Assembly (NCBI GenBank): GCA_034530615.2
Contig: JAVRCV020000033.1
Location: 32,001-96,000 of the forward strand
Length of the DNA: 64,000 bases
Origin: Aulosira sp. ZfuVER01
GTDB taxonomy: Bacteria > Cyanobacteriota > Cyanobacteriia > Cyanobacteriales > Nostocaceae
Direction: 5' to 3'
Both the position numbers and the translations under genes were made by a program. Positions 31,491 to 42,411 of this stretch are shown one piece after another. Each line of letters starts with the position of its first letter. Position 1 is the first letter of the stretch. The notes beneath the pieces were generated by a model. That model was not told the DNA's origin. It searched no databases and was given only the letters and a program-made list of their open reading frames with translations.

Positions 31491-32510
31491 CAACAATTGA
31501 TTAATTTGAAGTTGCAATTTTTCGCGCAATTTTTGAGCTTGTTGATAAACGGCTGCACGTTCCTTGCCGAGATTAATATTTAACCCTGTTGGTTCCAAAG
31601 GTTGAATAAAATAACGTAGACGAGTTTTCATTGCCCAAACTCCCATTGAGGGAAAGAGAATCAAAAGCGGCATCAAGGGCGATAAAGGTAAAAATGGCAA
31701 TTTGAATAATCGTTGCAATTTTCTGAGATTTACAGTCCAAGGATGCAAATACTCATTACCGATGCAAATAACTGGGAGAATGGGAACTTGATAGCGATCG
31801 CTCAACTGCATAAAACTGATATCAAACTTTTCTAATTGATACCTTCTTCTCCAACCTTTTAGAGGCCCGCGTAAGCCTTCAGGTGCATAGAGGACAATTT
31901 TACGTTGCTGCATCGCCGCTTCAAAATCATCTAATTCGGCTCGCACACCACCTAAAACCTGTGACCATCCTGGCGGTAGCCACCAAATCATCCAAGGATG
32001 CTCGAACAATGATACGCCTGCTAGAGGTTGCACTATCCATCCTCGTTCCTGGCTTAATAGATAAGCCAAAGTCAAAAAATCCCACGGAAAACTCATCCCT
32101 GCATGATTCATAGCCACAATAAATGGCCCTGTTTGCGGTAAATTTTCAACTTGGTGCAATTCCCCTTGAAAATAATATTTAACAATAGGAGCAAGAACTT
32201 CTTCCCGAAAAGCTAATTGGTACTTTGGATCAAACTCGTCAACTTCTTTTCCTGGAGAACGACACCCAAGACGTAACCAACGAATCAGCAGCGCTAGATA
32301 AAATCCCCCAGGTAACAAAAACAATATATATTCCAGCCAATTCCAACCATCTGGATCTGTATGATAATGCTGCCAGTGACGGTTAAATAAAATTAGCCAG
32401 CCTGGAGGATACCAGAGACAAAACCAATCAAACCAGCTAAATTTATAGCTATCATTTGATGCTGTTTCTAGGTGAATATTGAATATTTTTTCAGAGCTTT
32501 GATTGCCCAC
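31443..32510 (-). CDS. PlsC/LPLAT-superfamily acyltransferase with N-terminal membrane extension
   Basis: NHAGMSFPWD, YAPEG, PILPV motifs. Confidence 0.85.
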   Translation of the reverse strand: MGNQSSEKIFNIHLETASNDSYKFSWFDWFCLWYPPGWLILFNRHWQHYHTDPDGWNWLEYILFLLPGGFYLALLIRWLRLGCRSPGKEVDEFDPKYQLAFREEVLAPIVKYYFQGELHQVENLPQTGPFIVAMNHAGMSFPWDFLTLAYLLSQERGWIVQPLAGVSLFEHPWMIWWLPPGWSQVLGGVRAELDDFEAAMQQRKIVLYAPEGLRGPLKGWRRRYQLEKFDISFMQLSDRYQVPILPVICIGNEYLHPWTVNLRKLQRLFKLPFLPLSPLMPLLILFPSMGVWAMKTRLRYFIQPLEPTGLNINLGKERAAVYQQAQKLREKLQLQINQLLKSQGSRVQSQESKVN

Positions 32511-32777
32511 AGTGACTAACTAGGTGAATTATCTAAAAATAGATTAATTTGTTTATTGCCCATTATATAGCAGTAATATTTTATTTGTGAATTTACTCAG
32601 AGAGATAGGCTATAAGCTATAGATTTTTTCATAAATCATTTAGGAACACCATATCATCTTTTAAAATTTTTAATTCGCATCCCACTCTAGACATAAGCTT
32701 ATAAAATATATTTATTAATTTTATTGATCGGGCAAAAACTAAATTAATGATTTCTTTATCGGGTTCATAACAACTGT

Positions 32778-33656
32778 ATGTCAAATGACTTGTTTAGAAT
32801 TGCAAATACTATACCTGCCTGTGTACCAGGTTGGTCATTAAAAGAGCGAGATGCTCAGTTTATTGAGTTGTTAATGCCTATATGGGAATGGTGTTACCGT
32901 TACTACTTTCAAGTAAAAACTGACGGATGGCATTACATACCAACAGAAAGAAAAGTACTACTGGTTGGCTCTCATAATGGTGGAATGGCTTCTCCCGACT
33001 TGATAATGATGATGTACGATTGGTTTTCTAGATTTGGAACTCAGCGTTTGGTCTATGGTTTGATGCATCCTTACGCTTGGCAAGTAAGTCCAAAAATAGG
33101 TGAACTAGCTCAAAAATTAGGAGCCATTGTTGCACATCCAAAAATGGCTAATGCTGCTTTTGATATAGGTGCTAGCGTTCTAGTATATCCAGGAGGACAA
33201 TATGATATGTTTCGTCCTCACAGCCAACGCCATAAAATTAATTTGGCAGGAAATAAGGGCTTTATCAAGCTAGCTTTAAAACAAGAAGTTCCAATTATTC
33301 CTTTGATATCAGTAGGCGCTCATGATACGTTGATAGTTTTATTTGACTGTTATGATTTATTAAAACAATTGCATCATTGGGGATTGCCGTGGTTATATCA
33401 ATTAGACCCAGGAGTCTTTCCAATTTACTTAGGTTTACCTTGGGGCTTGGCTATTGGCCCTTTACCAAATATTCCTCTACCTGTCCCAATTCATACTCGT
33501 GTTTGTCATCCCATTATTTTTGAGCGATATGGCAAGGATGCAGCGAAGGATCGTGACTACGTGAATGCTTGTTATGAATTAGTTCATATACAAATGCAGC
33601 ATGAGCTAGATAAATTAGTGAGAGAGACTCAAAAATCTAATGGTCTGTCCCATTGA
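32778..33656 (+). CDS. DGAT2-like/LPLAT acyltransferase (Slr2103-like)
   Basis: GSHNGG, YPGG, GFIKLAL, PIIP, LPVP motifs. Confidence 0.85.
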   Translation: MSNDLFRIANTIPACVPGWSLKERDAQFIELLMPIWEWCYRYYFQVKTDGWHYIPTERKVLLVGSHNGGMASPDLIMMMYDWFSRFGTQRLVYGLMHPYAWQVSPKIGELAQKLGAIVAHPKMANAAFDIGASVLVYPGGQYDMFRPHSQRHKINLAGNKGFIKLALKQEVPIIPLISVGAHDTLIVLFDCYDLLKQLHHWGLPWLYQLDPGVFPIYLGLPWGLAIGPLPNIPLPVPIHTRVCHPIIFERYGKDAAKDRDYVNACYELVHIQMQHELDKLVRETQKSNGLSH

Positions 33657-33671
33657 TTTTGATAGGCTGCA

Positions 33672-33704
33672 AGCTCCCCGACTTTTTGAAGAAGTCGGGG
33701 AGCT
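33672..33704. repeat. CCCCGACTT/AAGTCGGGG palindromic repeat, possible terminator
   Basis: 13-bp stem; same family as 62071-62104. Confidence 0.75.
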
Positions 33705-33854
33705 ATTAGTATAACTGCGATCGCTTTTTCAACAACACAGCCACAAAAGTTATCTGATAACATTTCACACCCATTCTTCTGTTATTTGCATTTCAAAACA
33801 GAAATCTAACGAGCGCGATAATGCTTTATAGTACGATGATATAAGCATGAAAGC

Positions 33855-34709
33855 GTGAATACAAAACTCATCATTTCTCCTCAAGAACTCACGTCTGTGT
33901 TAGCAGAAAATTCATCACAAGCTGTAATTATCGATACGCGGAGTCAAGAAGAGTATGCTATTTCTCATATTCCTCACTCTATCAATATTAGAGATTTTTT
34001 TACCTATATTTTAGAGAATTCATACCCAGCAGGATTAAATAAATTGCAAGAGCATTTTAGTGAAATTCTCAGCAGGGTAGGAATATCTGGTGCAGAATGG
34101 TTAATTGTTTATGAAGACACTTTAAATCGAGGTTACGGTCAATCTTGTCGAGCAGCTTTCTTACTGAAGTATTTGGGTTGCGCTCAGGTATCTATCTTAC
34201 ACGGAGGATATAGAGCATGGCTCAGGGAAGGATTAGCTACTACTAATGAAGTACCATTACGTGAAAGTAGCTTATTTAGATTGCATCCCAACCCTGACAT
34301 GATGGTGACTACCACCGAGATGTTGCAAGCAATTGATAATCCTGCAATTATTAAATTAGATGTGCGCGATCGCGATGAATGGCTGGGATTGAGTTCTTCT
34401 CCATATACTCCTGATTTTTGTCCTCGTAAAGGTAGAATTCCTAATGCTGTGTGGCTAGAATGGCATCGTCTGATGACATCGGATTCGGAAATGCCCATGT
34501 TTCGCTCAAAAGCGGAAATCTTAGAAATTTGTGAATCTGTAGGTATTACTTCCGAATCTATTGTATATATTTACTGTTTTAAAGGTTCTAGGGCAGCGAA
34601 TACTCTGATTGCTCTGCAAATAGCAGGAATTTCCGCTCTTAATTATTTTGGCTCTTGGAATGAATGGTCTCGCAACTTTTCGCTACCGATTGATAGCAGA
34701 GTCATCTGA
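33855..34709 (+). CDS. Tandem-domain rhodanese/sulfurtransferase
   Basis: HIP, GGY..W, GRIPNA, active-site YCFKGSRA, YFGSWNEWS. Confidence 0.92.
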   Translation: MNTKLIISPQELTSVLAENSSQAVIIDTRSQEEYAISHIPHSINIRDFFTYILENSYPAGLNKLQEHFSEILSRVGISGAEWLIVYEDTLNRGYGQSCRAAFLLKYLGCAQVSILHGGYRAWLREGLATTNEVPLRESSLFRLHPNPDMMVTTTEMLQAIDNPAIIKLDVRDRDEWLGLSSSPYTPDFCPRKGRIPNAVWLEWHRLMTSDSEMPMFRSKAEILEICESVGITSESIVYIYCFKGSRAANTLIALQIAGISALNYFGSWNEWSRNFSLPIDSRVI

Positions 34710-34732
34710 AGAAGGCAACCCGAAATGGAGCG

Positions 34733-35533
34733 TTAGCCTTTGAAAAGGATATCGTACAGTGACAGCAAAATCTCCACCACAATGAGAATTACCACATACC
34801 ACTCTACTCGCTGACTACTACTATGCTGCATGAACTCCAGCACTGTTTGCGCAGTTTGGGAAATTAGCTCTAGTTTGCGTTCTAAGGCGTGGTGACGCTC
34901 ACGGATTTCGTATTCATCCTCCAAACGCAGATATAAGTTTTCTAGCTGTGGGTATTCCCACAGCAAGTCCGGCTTATCGATGATCTCTACTCGTCCCACA
35001 ATCTTATGTTGAACTAACAAAGTAGTACCGAGTTGACGCAGTAATTCCCGACTCTGGCGTGTACTTCTGTATTCACTCTGGAGACTAGCTGCAAACGGTT
35101 CAATTTGGTCGAATACAGTAGCTAGGCTAGTTTCATAATGAGATAGCACAACACTCTTAGCGAGAATATCAGCCACTATCTGTAAGCGTTCTACACTAAA
35201 ATCATGTAGCAAAATTTTTCCTTCCTTAACTCTTTCACTTTCCGCAAGTTTGAGCTGAACTTCCACTTCTTCTGTTTCTGGGTCAGCAAAAGAGTCACTA
35301 ACTTGAGAGGATAGTTTATTTAAGAAGGCTACCTTTTCTACAGGCTCAAGGTTAAACAGGACAACTGCACCATAGTCGAGCAGTACCGCACAGCCATGTT
35401 CACCTACTGTAACCATTACTGGCATAGTCGCCAAGCAAACGTAATTCTCCAATGTTTGTAGGTTAATCTTCTTACCAAGGAATAGGGCCTGCGCTCTAAA
35501 GCTATCTCTGTCATTAAAAAGGAGTTTTTGCAT
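34733..35533 (-). CDS. RMD1/DUF155 family protein
   Basis: YGAVVLFN, LAKSVVL, KPDLLWE, RVEWYVVILI. Confidence 0.88.
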   Translation of the reverse strand: MQKLLFNDRDSFRAQALFLGKKINLQTLENYVCLATMPVMVTVGEHGCAVLLDYGAVVLFNLEPVEKVAFLNKLSSQVSDSFADPETEEVEVQLKLAESERVKEGKILLHDFSVERLQIVADILAKSVVLSHYETSLATVFDQIEPFAASLQSEYRSTRQSRELLRQLGTTLLVQHKIVGRVEIIDKPDLLWEYPQLENLYLRLEDEYEIRERHHALERKLELISQTAQTVLEFMQHSSSQRVEWYVVILIVVEILLSLYDILFKG

Positions 35534-35688
35534 TGTCGCCCTATGCTATATTCTGCCTGTTAATCTGTGGTGGTAGCGATCGCAATTGATCCAGCATTGT
35601 TGGAAATCACTACAATCTCAGCTTACCAATGAAGAAGCTCCTACAAACAAATTGGAAATAGTACAAAAACGTGCTGATTTAATTTGTC

Positions 35689-35817
35689 TCAATCTGTCGA
35701 TAGTACGTGCAACAAAGTCAAGTTAGCTTGTAAAGCCTTCGCTAAGGCAAGTGCTTCCTCAAAAACACTCCTACGGCTAGTAGATTTGTCTAGTGCAACT
35801 AGTATTTTTTGCAACAT
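35689..35817 (-). pseudogene. Truncated universal stress protein (42 aa)
   Basis: Manual translation MLQKILVALDKSTSRRSVFEEALALAKALQANLTLLHVLSTD*, the USP N-terminus only. Confidence 0.75.
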
Positions 35818-36035
35818 ATTAGTTTGCCTCCAAACTATTTTGCTCAAGCTTTTAGCTACTGATGACGAGAGCGTTTGCTAATTAGCGATCGCTTTCACTT
35901 ATGTTTATAAGAAAATAATTTGAGGAAGTGGTGAAGGTATGGGGCAAAACCTGAACAAAGGTGGATGACCAAGCACAAAAACGGCGTTGCATCATCTAGA
36001 AATTTTTGTCTCTCAGTAGTTTTGAGTCAGCACAC

Positions 36036-36905
36036 TTAAAGTAGGCTTTGGGTTGCTGCCAATAAATCTTGATGAACCGATGGTGACGCAGCTATTATCA
36101 ATCCAGGCAGACTATAGTCTTGACAAGTATGTAGTGGCGGTAAAGTCGAGCCATCCAAAGTAGTGACAATACAGCCAGCTTCTTTGGCGAGGAAAGCGAG
36201 TGCAGCACCATCAATAAATTTGCCTGATTTGATAACTGCGCCACTCAAATCACCATTGAAAATACCGTTAAGATTAGGAATTTGAATGTCACTAGAGTAA
36301 TCATTTGCGACATCGATGACTTGATATAGTTCTTTGAGCGCAGGTGCTAACGAATCCATTCCCCATCCCAACAATATATAAGGTTCAGGGGATGCCACAC
36401 GCACAGGTGTACAGGCTTCTAAGTTCATCTCCAATATTCCTTGAAAAGCACCTTCACCGCGAAGAGCATAAAAATAAACATTTTCGGCAGGAGTAATTGC
36501 CAGTACTGCTTCAAATTCATCCCGACTGAGAATACTAAGAATAATCTGATAATTAGAATGTCCATCCATGTAAAACTTCGTCCCATCAATTGGGTCAAGG
36601 GTGATTAAATAGTCATGTTCTGTACCCAGTTCAGTAGCACGAAAATATTTAGTATTGCGAGAACTTTCATATTCTTCCCCATAAAAAGGGATTTCTGGGA
36701 AGTTCGCTAGTAATACTACTTCCACCAGATTTTGAATAGCCAAGTCTGCATCAGTCAGTGCCGCCGCAAAAAAGTTTTCGCCTTGTCCTTTGGCGGGAAG
36801 CACAGCAATTTTTGATTGTAGAGAACGGGCATAGGCTGCCGCGACTTTTAAATGCGGAAGTAAAGTCTCCAAAATCAGTCGAGCAGTTGGCGCTGTTGTA
36901 GCCAT
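36036..36905 (-). CDS. Inositol monophosphatase (FIG) family protein
   Basis: TDAD, YGEE, LDPIDGT. Confidence 0.9.
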   Translation of the reverse strand: MATTAPTARLILETLLPHLKVAAAYARSLQSKIAVLPAKGQGENFFAAALTDADLAIQNLVEVVLLANFPEIPFYGEEYESSRNTKYFRATELGTEHDYLITLDPIDGTKFYMDGHSNYQIILSILSRDEFEAVLAITPAENVYFYALRGEGAFQGILEMNLEACTPVRVASPEPYILLGWGMDSLAPALKELYQVIDVANDYSSDIQIPNLNGIFNGDLSGAVIKSGKFIDGAALAFLAKEAGCIVTTLDGSTLPPLHTCQDYSLPGLIIAASPSVHQDLLAATQSLL

Positions 36906-37007
36906 TGCAGTTTACACCCAGATAAAATCACGGCATTCAAATAATACCGTGAACTTGCTACTCAATTACTTTTCCCTAAATTTTTAGGCTCAATAATCTA
37001 GCAAATC

Positions 37008-38198
37008 TTAGTTGTTGGTTTGCGTTAAGCTTTTTAATTTAGAAGCTGTTTCTTCTGGTTTTCCGGCGAGAGGGAATACTAAAACACTCTTAATTGCATC
37101 ATTACCAACTAATTCTGGCAACCGATATAATTGGCGATCGGTAATAGCAACTCCTGCATAATTTTTGGCATAATTTAATTCTTCTTTGAAATTGGCCTCA
37201 TTATAAGCTTGGATAAATACTCGATCCACCTTCCAATTTTGCCAATCAGCCGCGAAATATCTTTTAGCCCAATAAGGATTATGGTGACAAATATCAAAGC
37301 TAACTCGATTGTTAGCTTTTTTCATCCCAGTTATCATTTGTTGTAAAAAGGTAGTTAAGTTAGCAGTGCGGTCAATTTTACCTGGTAATTCTGCATAATA
37401 ACCGAGATAATCATCCCATTGAACTGCATCAATTTTGGGATATTTTTGCACGAACTCTACTAAAATATTTTTAAATAAACTAGCAACTTCAGGAATCTGC
37501 ACATCAAGTACATAATGGTCGATACTTGCGTATGTTTTATCTACTCCAGGAACAATCCATTTCCGAGAAGTTGCTAAATCATAAATGGGGCTATTTTTAT
37601 CTATCTTAATACCCTTCTCAAAATAAGCATGAACTTGCATCCCTTGCTTGTGTGCTTCATCAATCAACCAATCTAACCATTTCTCTTGAAACTGATTTGG
37701 ACAACTTTTGTATCCTAGAGTTTGCTGCATAACGTCACTATTGTACATCGTACAACCATTACCCCACACACCATGAATAATTGTATTAAATCCTTGAGAG
37801 TGATAGTAACGAACTCTCGATCGAATCGTTTGTTCGTCAGCATTATTAGTAACTTGATAGCGACTCAAATAAATTCCTCTAATTATTTTTTTCTCCCAAG
37901 GAGTTTGAGGTAATGATATTTTTTCAGGTGTTATTTTAGGTGTTACTGTTTTCAGCGAATCTTGCTTATTAATAGGAGTAAGTTTTGAATTGCTTGATAA
38001 TGGAGTAGGAATTGAAGAGGTAGGTGTAGGATGTAAAATTGGAATATTTATTGGTTGATTTTTAGGTAAAAGGCTGCTGATATCCAGATTTACCTTATTC
38101 GTAAACCACCAATAACTACCTCCGAAGAACACAATAATTAAAGATATGGGAATATTAGAGCATCCACATCCATTTGGCTGTTTCTTTTGGCTAGGCAT
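37008..38198 (-). CDS. GHL10/DUF187 glycoside hydrolase-like protein with membrane anchor and Pro/Ser/Thr linker
   Basis: RGIYL, GFNTI, EAHKQGMQVHAYFE, DAVQWDDY; ATG at 38198. Confidence 0.85.
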   Translation of the reverse strand: MPSQKKQPNGCGCSNIPISLIIVFFGGSYWWFTNKVNLDISSLLPKNQPINIPILHPTPTSSIPTPLSSNSKLTPINKQDSLKTVTPKITPEKISLPQTPWEKKIIRGIYLSRYQVTNNADEQTIRSRVRYYHSQGFNTIIHGVWGNGCTMYNSDVMQQTLGYKSCPNQFQEKWLDWLIDEAHKQGMQVHAYFEKGIKIDKNSPIYDLATSRKWIVPGVDKTYASIDHYVLDVQIPEVASLFKNILVEFVQKYPKIDAVQWDDYLGYYAELPGKIDRTANLTTFLQQMITGMKKANNRVSFDICHHNPYWAKRYFAADWQNWKVDRVFIQAYNEANFKEELNYAKNYAGVAITDRQLYRLPELVGNDAIKSVLVFPLAGKPEETASKLKSLTQTNN

Positions 38199-38581
38199 AA
38201 TAAAATGATTGATTAGTAATTTTGATATATAAGAATCCGATATAATCGGTTTTGAAAATCTATAATTTTTCAATTACAATCTACTAAAAACTGTAATGAA
38301 AAATCCCCTAAGGGTGAATGACTAATGTAACACACTGTACTAACCCGATAATTGCTTGCGGCTGTCAATCACCTGTAAAGTTTTGTGGCACAAACCAAGA
38401 ACAAAGATCCCCGTCGCTATAATCCAGAACTACGCTTCACAACAAATCATCCTAAAATACGGCTATAAAATTTTTTGCGGTTTTCCCCTACCTGCAATAC
38501 GTTGTAAATTGATGCAGCGTAAAAACTTTTTGTAATACAATAAGCATATATTTGTAGTATACTACTCTTAGTCACAATCAA

Positions 38582-39133
38582 ATGAACGATTCTCGCTTAA
38601 TCAAAATCAGCAAGTTTCTGAGTAAACATCTGCGACATAAACCAGAAGATATTGGCATAAAACTTGCCCCTGGTGGTTGGGTTGCTATTAATGAACTACT
38701 GACTGCTTGTGCTAAAAACAAGTTTCCGATTACCCATGAGGAATTACAGCTAGTAGTAGAATGCAACGATAAACAACGCTTTTCTTTTGATTCTACAGGC
38801 ACTCTGATTCGTGCAAACCAAGGACACAGTGTAGAAGTTGATTTGCAATTAGAACCTGTTGTGCCTCCGGATGTACTTTATCATGGTACAGCCACAAAAT
38901 CTGTAGAGTTAATTTTACAAACCGGACTAAGCAAAATGAATCGACATCATGTGCATTTATCAAAAGATATTGCTACAGCCCAGAATGTGGGTGCAAGGCA
39001 TGGAAAGCCAGTTGTTTTAGTTGTTGATTCTGCGGCAATGCATCAGGCTGGCTACATCTTCTACTGTTCTGATAATAGTGTTTGGTTAGTAGATAATGTC
39101 CCACCTGAGTATTTACAATCTCACAGTAGCTGA
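38582..39133 (+). CDS. kptA: RNA 2'-phosphotransferase (KptA/Tpt1)
   Basis: SKFLSKHLRH, KQRF, IRANQGHS, YHGT, RHHVHLS. Confidence 0.95.
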   Translation: MNDSRLIKISKFLSKHLRHKPEDIGIKLAPGGWVAINELLTACAKNKFPITHEELQLVVECNDKQRFSFDSTGTLIRANQGHSVEVDLQLEPVVPPDVLYHGTATKSVELILQTGLSKMNRHHVHLSKDIATAQNVGARHGKPVVLVVDSAAMHQAGYIFYCSDNSVWLVDNVPPEYLQSHSS

Positions 39134-39268
39134 ACACACTTTAGCCGCTTGGGGTAGAAGTGCTAGTGCTTTAGTGAATAGCCAGTTCCACTAGTTGGAA
39201 GATTGCGATCTGTTAAATCAACTGTTTTTTCACTGCTCTCTAATGCGAAATTGCAGTTATTGAACATT

Positions 39269-39574
39269 TTAGTTGTCACGAACAATATACTGTTTCGCAG
39301 GTAAATTATCTGCAAGTAGTTCTATCTTTCCCTGAGCAACCAAAGTTTGATAAATTAAAGCTGTAATCTCTCCTCTAGTGGCAGGTTTACTAGGATTAAG
39401 AACTTTGGTATTTGGATAGTTAACCACTATATTTTTTTGGGTTGCCGCTGCTACATCTCCAACTGCATATTGCGGAATTCTATTAGCATCTGCGTGGGTA
39501 TTAGTAAGAATAAATGATGCAGGACGATTAAAATTTGCTGCCACTGTCTTTTGCTGAGTTTTTGAATAACCCAC
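39269..39574 (-). pseudogene. Orphan S-layer homology (SLH) C-terminal fragment
   Basis: IPQYA..VAAATQKNIVVNYP..LNP..PATRGEITALIYQ; no signal peptide or strong start. Confidence 0.6.
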
Positions 39575-40000
39575 AGCATTAGCTGGTAGAGATTTAGTGG
39601 AGAAATTTCTCCTATAATCAAAAATACTACTACAGGATGATTCTACTTATTACTTTAGATATAGATAATGCAACCTTAATTCAAATTATTAAAATTACAT
39701 TGCTTTATTAATGATTAATTTTTAGGTAATAATATTCAATTTAAGCAATAACAATCTCAAGCTGAGATTGGAGAGAAAAATATAGCGAAGTTCTCCACTA
39801 CTTTTCCACCATTTAGATTTAACATCAGCATCATAAGAGGAAACAACAAAAGAAAACTTGCTTTTATAATCTTTTGTACTAACCAAATTATCAGTTATTT
39901 CACAGCAATAATTGAGTAAAAATACATTTTAAAAAAATATTTCTTTGGGTAGTAGAGTTATCACCTGAAAAAACAAGATGGTTAGCTCTAGGAGGTAAAA

Positions 40001-40414
40001 ATGTGTCAACTCATTATCCAAGTACCGCAAAGAAACGGAAAAGCAGTTATTGATATTGCTAAATCTCATAACGGCTCAAACTTTGCACGCTTTGAAGGTT
40101 ATGTAGACGAAGCGATTGATGTGGTGATGGTTCATATTTCTAATCGAGAAGTCAGGAAAGTTATAGAGGAATTGCAAGACTTGCCCAAAGTACACATTAC
40201 GCTCATACCAACTGGTGCGATCGCTTTGCAACCACCTGCATCCCAAGTACCGCAACAAGTTGTAGATGTAGAGAAACGCAGTCCGATTGAAATTTTTCTT
40301 TCTGGCTTGCAAAGTGTTGGCTCTTGGTGCGGCTTTCTGGATTATGTTGCAGTTGCAGGCTTTGTAGTTTGGATTGGTTTGTATTCTAATACAAGTTACT
40401 TGCTGTCCAAATAA
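40001..40414 (+). pseudogene. Truncated DUF389-like membrane protein
   Basis: GGAGG RBS; RSPIEIFLSGLQSVGSW; ORF ends after the first TM helix at an AAAATCY heptamer repeat. Confidence 0.6.
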
Positions 40415-40450
40415 ATCTAAAATCCAAAATTGAATGAGTGAGGAAAGTTA

Positions 40451-41458
40451 ATGAATGCAGAAATCTCCACAGCTTGGGACAAGGTTCAAAGCATGATCGA
40501 CGGTTTCATCGCTTTGCTACCGAACATGGTCTTAGCGTTGATTGTCTTTCTAGTGTTTTTATTTGTTGCCAGCAGAATTAAGGCAATGGTCCAGCGGTTA
40601 ACTCGCAACCGTCGCTACGCTCGGAATCTAGGGTTAGTGTTAGGAAGGTTAGCTCAAGGGGTAATAATTCTGATTGGGTTATTTATTGCCCTTTCCATTG
40701 TGATTCCTACATTTAGGGCTGGTGATTTGGTTCAACTGTTAGGGATTAGTGGTGTAGCAATTGGTTTTGCCTTCCGCGATATTTTGCAAAACTTCTTAGC
40801 TGGGATTTTAATTTTACTCACTGAACCTTTTCAAATTAATGACCAAATAGTATTCAAAAATTTTGAGGGAACTGTAGAAAATATTGAGACACGCGCCACA
40901 ACCATCAGAACCTATGATGGTCGGCGGATTGTGATTCCTAACTCTGAATTATTCACCAATTCTGTGACTGTAAATACTGCCTTTGAAAGCCGTCGCTTAG
41001 AGTATGATGTCGGCATTGGTTATGGTGATGATATCGACCGAGCCAAGCAATTAATCCTCGAAGCAATGCATGGTGTAGATGAAGTGTTGTCAGATCCTGC
41101 ACCTGATGTATTGGTAATGGACTTAGCTGAAAGTACGGTGAATATCCGTGCCCGTTGGTGGATCAAACCACCAAGAAGGGCTGACGATCTAACTTCACGC
41201 GATCGCGTACTCACTGCAATTAAGAAAACCCTCACCGCCAATGGCATAGATTTGCCCTTCCCAACACAACAAATTTTATTTCACGACCAAACCGAAGAGA
41301 CAGATGGCGATCGCTCCTGTCAGCGTGAAGGTTGGCCTGCTGGTAATCGTAAAGTACCAAAACCTCGCCGCATCAGCGATTCTCTGAGGTTTCTGGCGCA
41401 AAAACGTTCCTCTAATGATGGGAATGGCAAAATAGATTCTCAATTTGACGAACAATGA
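40451..41458 (+). CDS. Small-conductance mechanosensitive channel (MscS family)
   Basis: GVAIGFAFRDILQNFLAG, PFQIND, GTVENI, IPNS. Confidence 0.93.
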   Translation: MNAEISTAWDKVQSMIDGFIALLPNMVLALIVFLVFLFVASRIKAMVQRLTRNRRYARNLGLVLGRLAQGVIILIGLFIALSIVIPTFRAGDLVQLLGISGVAIGFAFRDILQNFLAGILILLTEPFQINDQIVFKNFEGTVENIETRATTIRTYDGRRIVIPNSELFTNSVTVNTAFESRRLEYDVGIGYGDDIDRAKQLILEAMHGVDEVLSDPAPDVLVMDLAESTVNIRARWWIKPPRRADDLTSRDRVLTAIKKTLTANGIDLPFPTQQILFHDQTEETDGDRSCQREGWPAGNRKVPKPRRISDSLRFLAQKRSSNDGNGKIDSQFDEQ

Positions 41459-41711
41459 GAAACGTTAAGTTAAGCAAGCTTTGGGATCGGCTGCACTAAG
41501 CAGACATCAATAGAAAAACAGATGAAAAGTATAACTTGGCGAGGATATCGAGCGATCGCTGGCTTTGATAACTTGATAGGTTGTTATCGGGCGTTGCGAT
41601 CGCTTATTTTTTTTCAAAATTACTTACAAATAGTTATATACATCACTCTGAATACTAAAGCCTTTTTCCTATAAAGCAATATGACCATTATTGCTGTCAC
41701 CAATTATCAAT

Positions 41712-42287
41712 TCAGCTTGCCCATCTTACCAATTGTTGCTCCAAAAGTTGTACAGAACCGATCGCAATTTGAATTAAAGGCCAGCCTACTAAACAGATAA
41801 ATACTGCTTGTTGAGTGGTAATATCTAATCCTTGGCGCACTGCAACAATTACCGCTAATAAACTCCACACCGCCAAGATTAGCTCAATTGGTCGTCCGAG
41901 CAAGGGAATCAGGGTTAAAAAATTCAGTACTTGCGGTGCATAGGCAAAGCCTATGGGAACAAGCAAGTCACCGTAAGTAGGATCAATGGGTTTTAGCCAT
42001 TGCCCAATTTTCCAAATGGTGAATGTCCAAAAATAGTATCCAGCAACAACAGCGATCGCATCAATCAAAATACCTGTTAAAAGTACAAAAATTTTAGCGC
42101 GATTGATTAATAAAATTACGCCACTACCTAGAGCATGAGAAACAGCAGCCAAAATTACAATGCTTAGAGCTAACCTCCGGTTTCGCTTTGTATTATGAGC
42201 ATTTTCATAGAAGTTGCCGTTTAAAGCTAGAGCATACCGAAGTGTACTACACAAACTTGGCTTTGATTTGATTTTATTCGTACTCAT
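41712..42287 (-). CDS. YIP1-family membrane protein
   Basis: Five TM helices; GFAYAP, IPLLG, AVRQGL. Confidence 0.8.
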   Translation of the reverse strand: MSTNKIKSKPSLCSTLRYALALNGNFYENAHNTKRNRRLALSIVILAAVSHALGSGVILLINRAKIFVLLTGILIDAIAVVAGYYFWTFTIWKIGQWLKPIDPTYGDLLVPIGFAYAPQVLNFLTLIPLLGRPIELILAVWSLLAVIVAVRQGLDITTQQAVFICLVGWPLIQIAIGSVQLLEQQLVRWAS

Positions 42288-42411
42288 TTTTTCTAACTAA
42301 TGAAGGATGACAAATGATCGCCAAAAGCAGGATTTTATAAAATAAGCCATCAAACATTGAAAGCCTTAAGCTCAATAATACTTTACTAACTATATAAAAC
42401 AATAATCTCAA

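Noticed and set aside
38582..39133. KptA as part of a defence or RNA-repair system
   Set aside because: No RtcB, toxin, macrodomain or NADAR neighbours; a stand-alone kptA is common.
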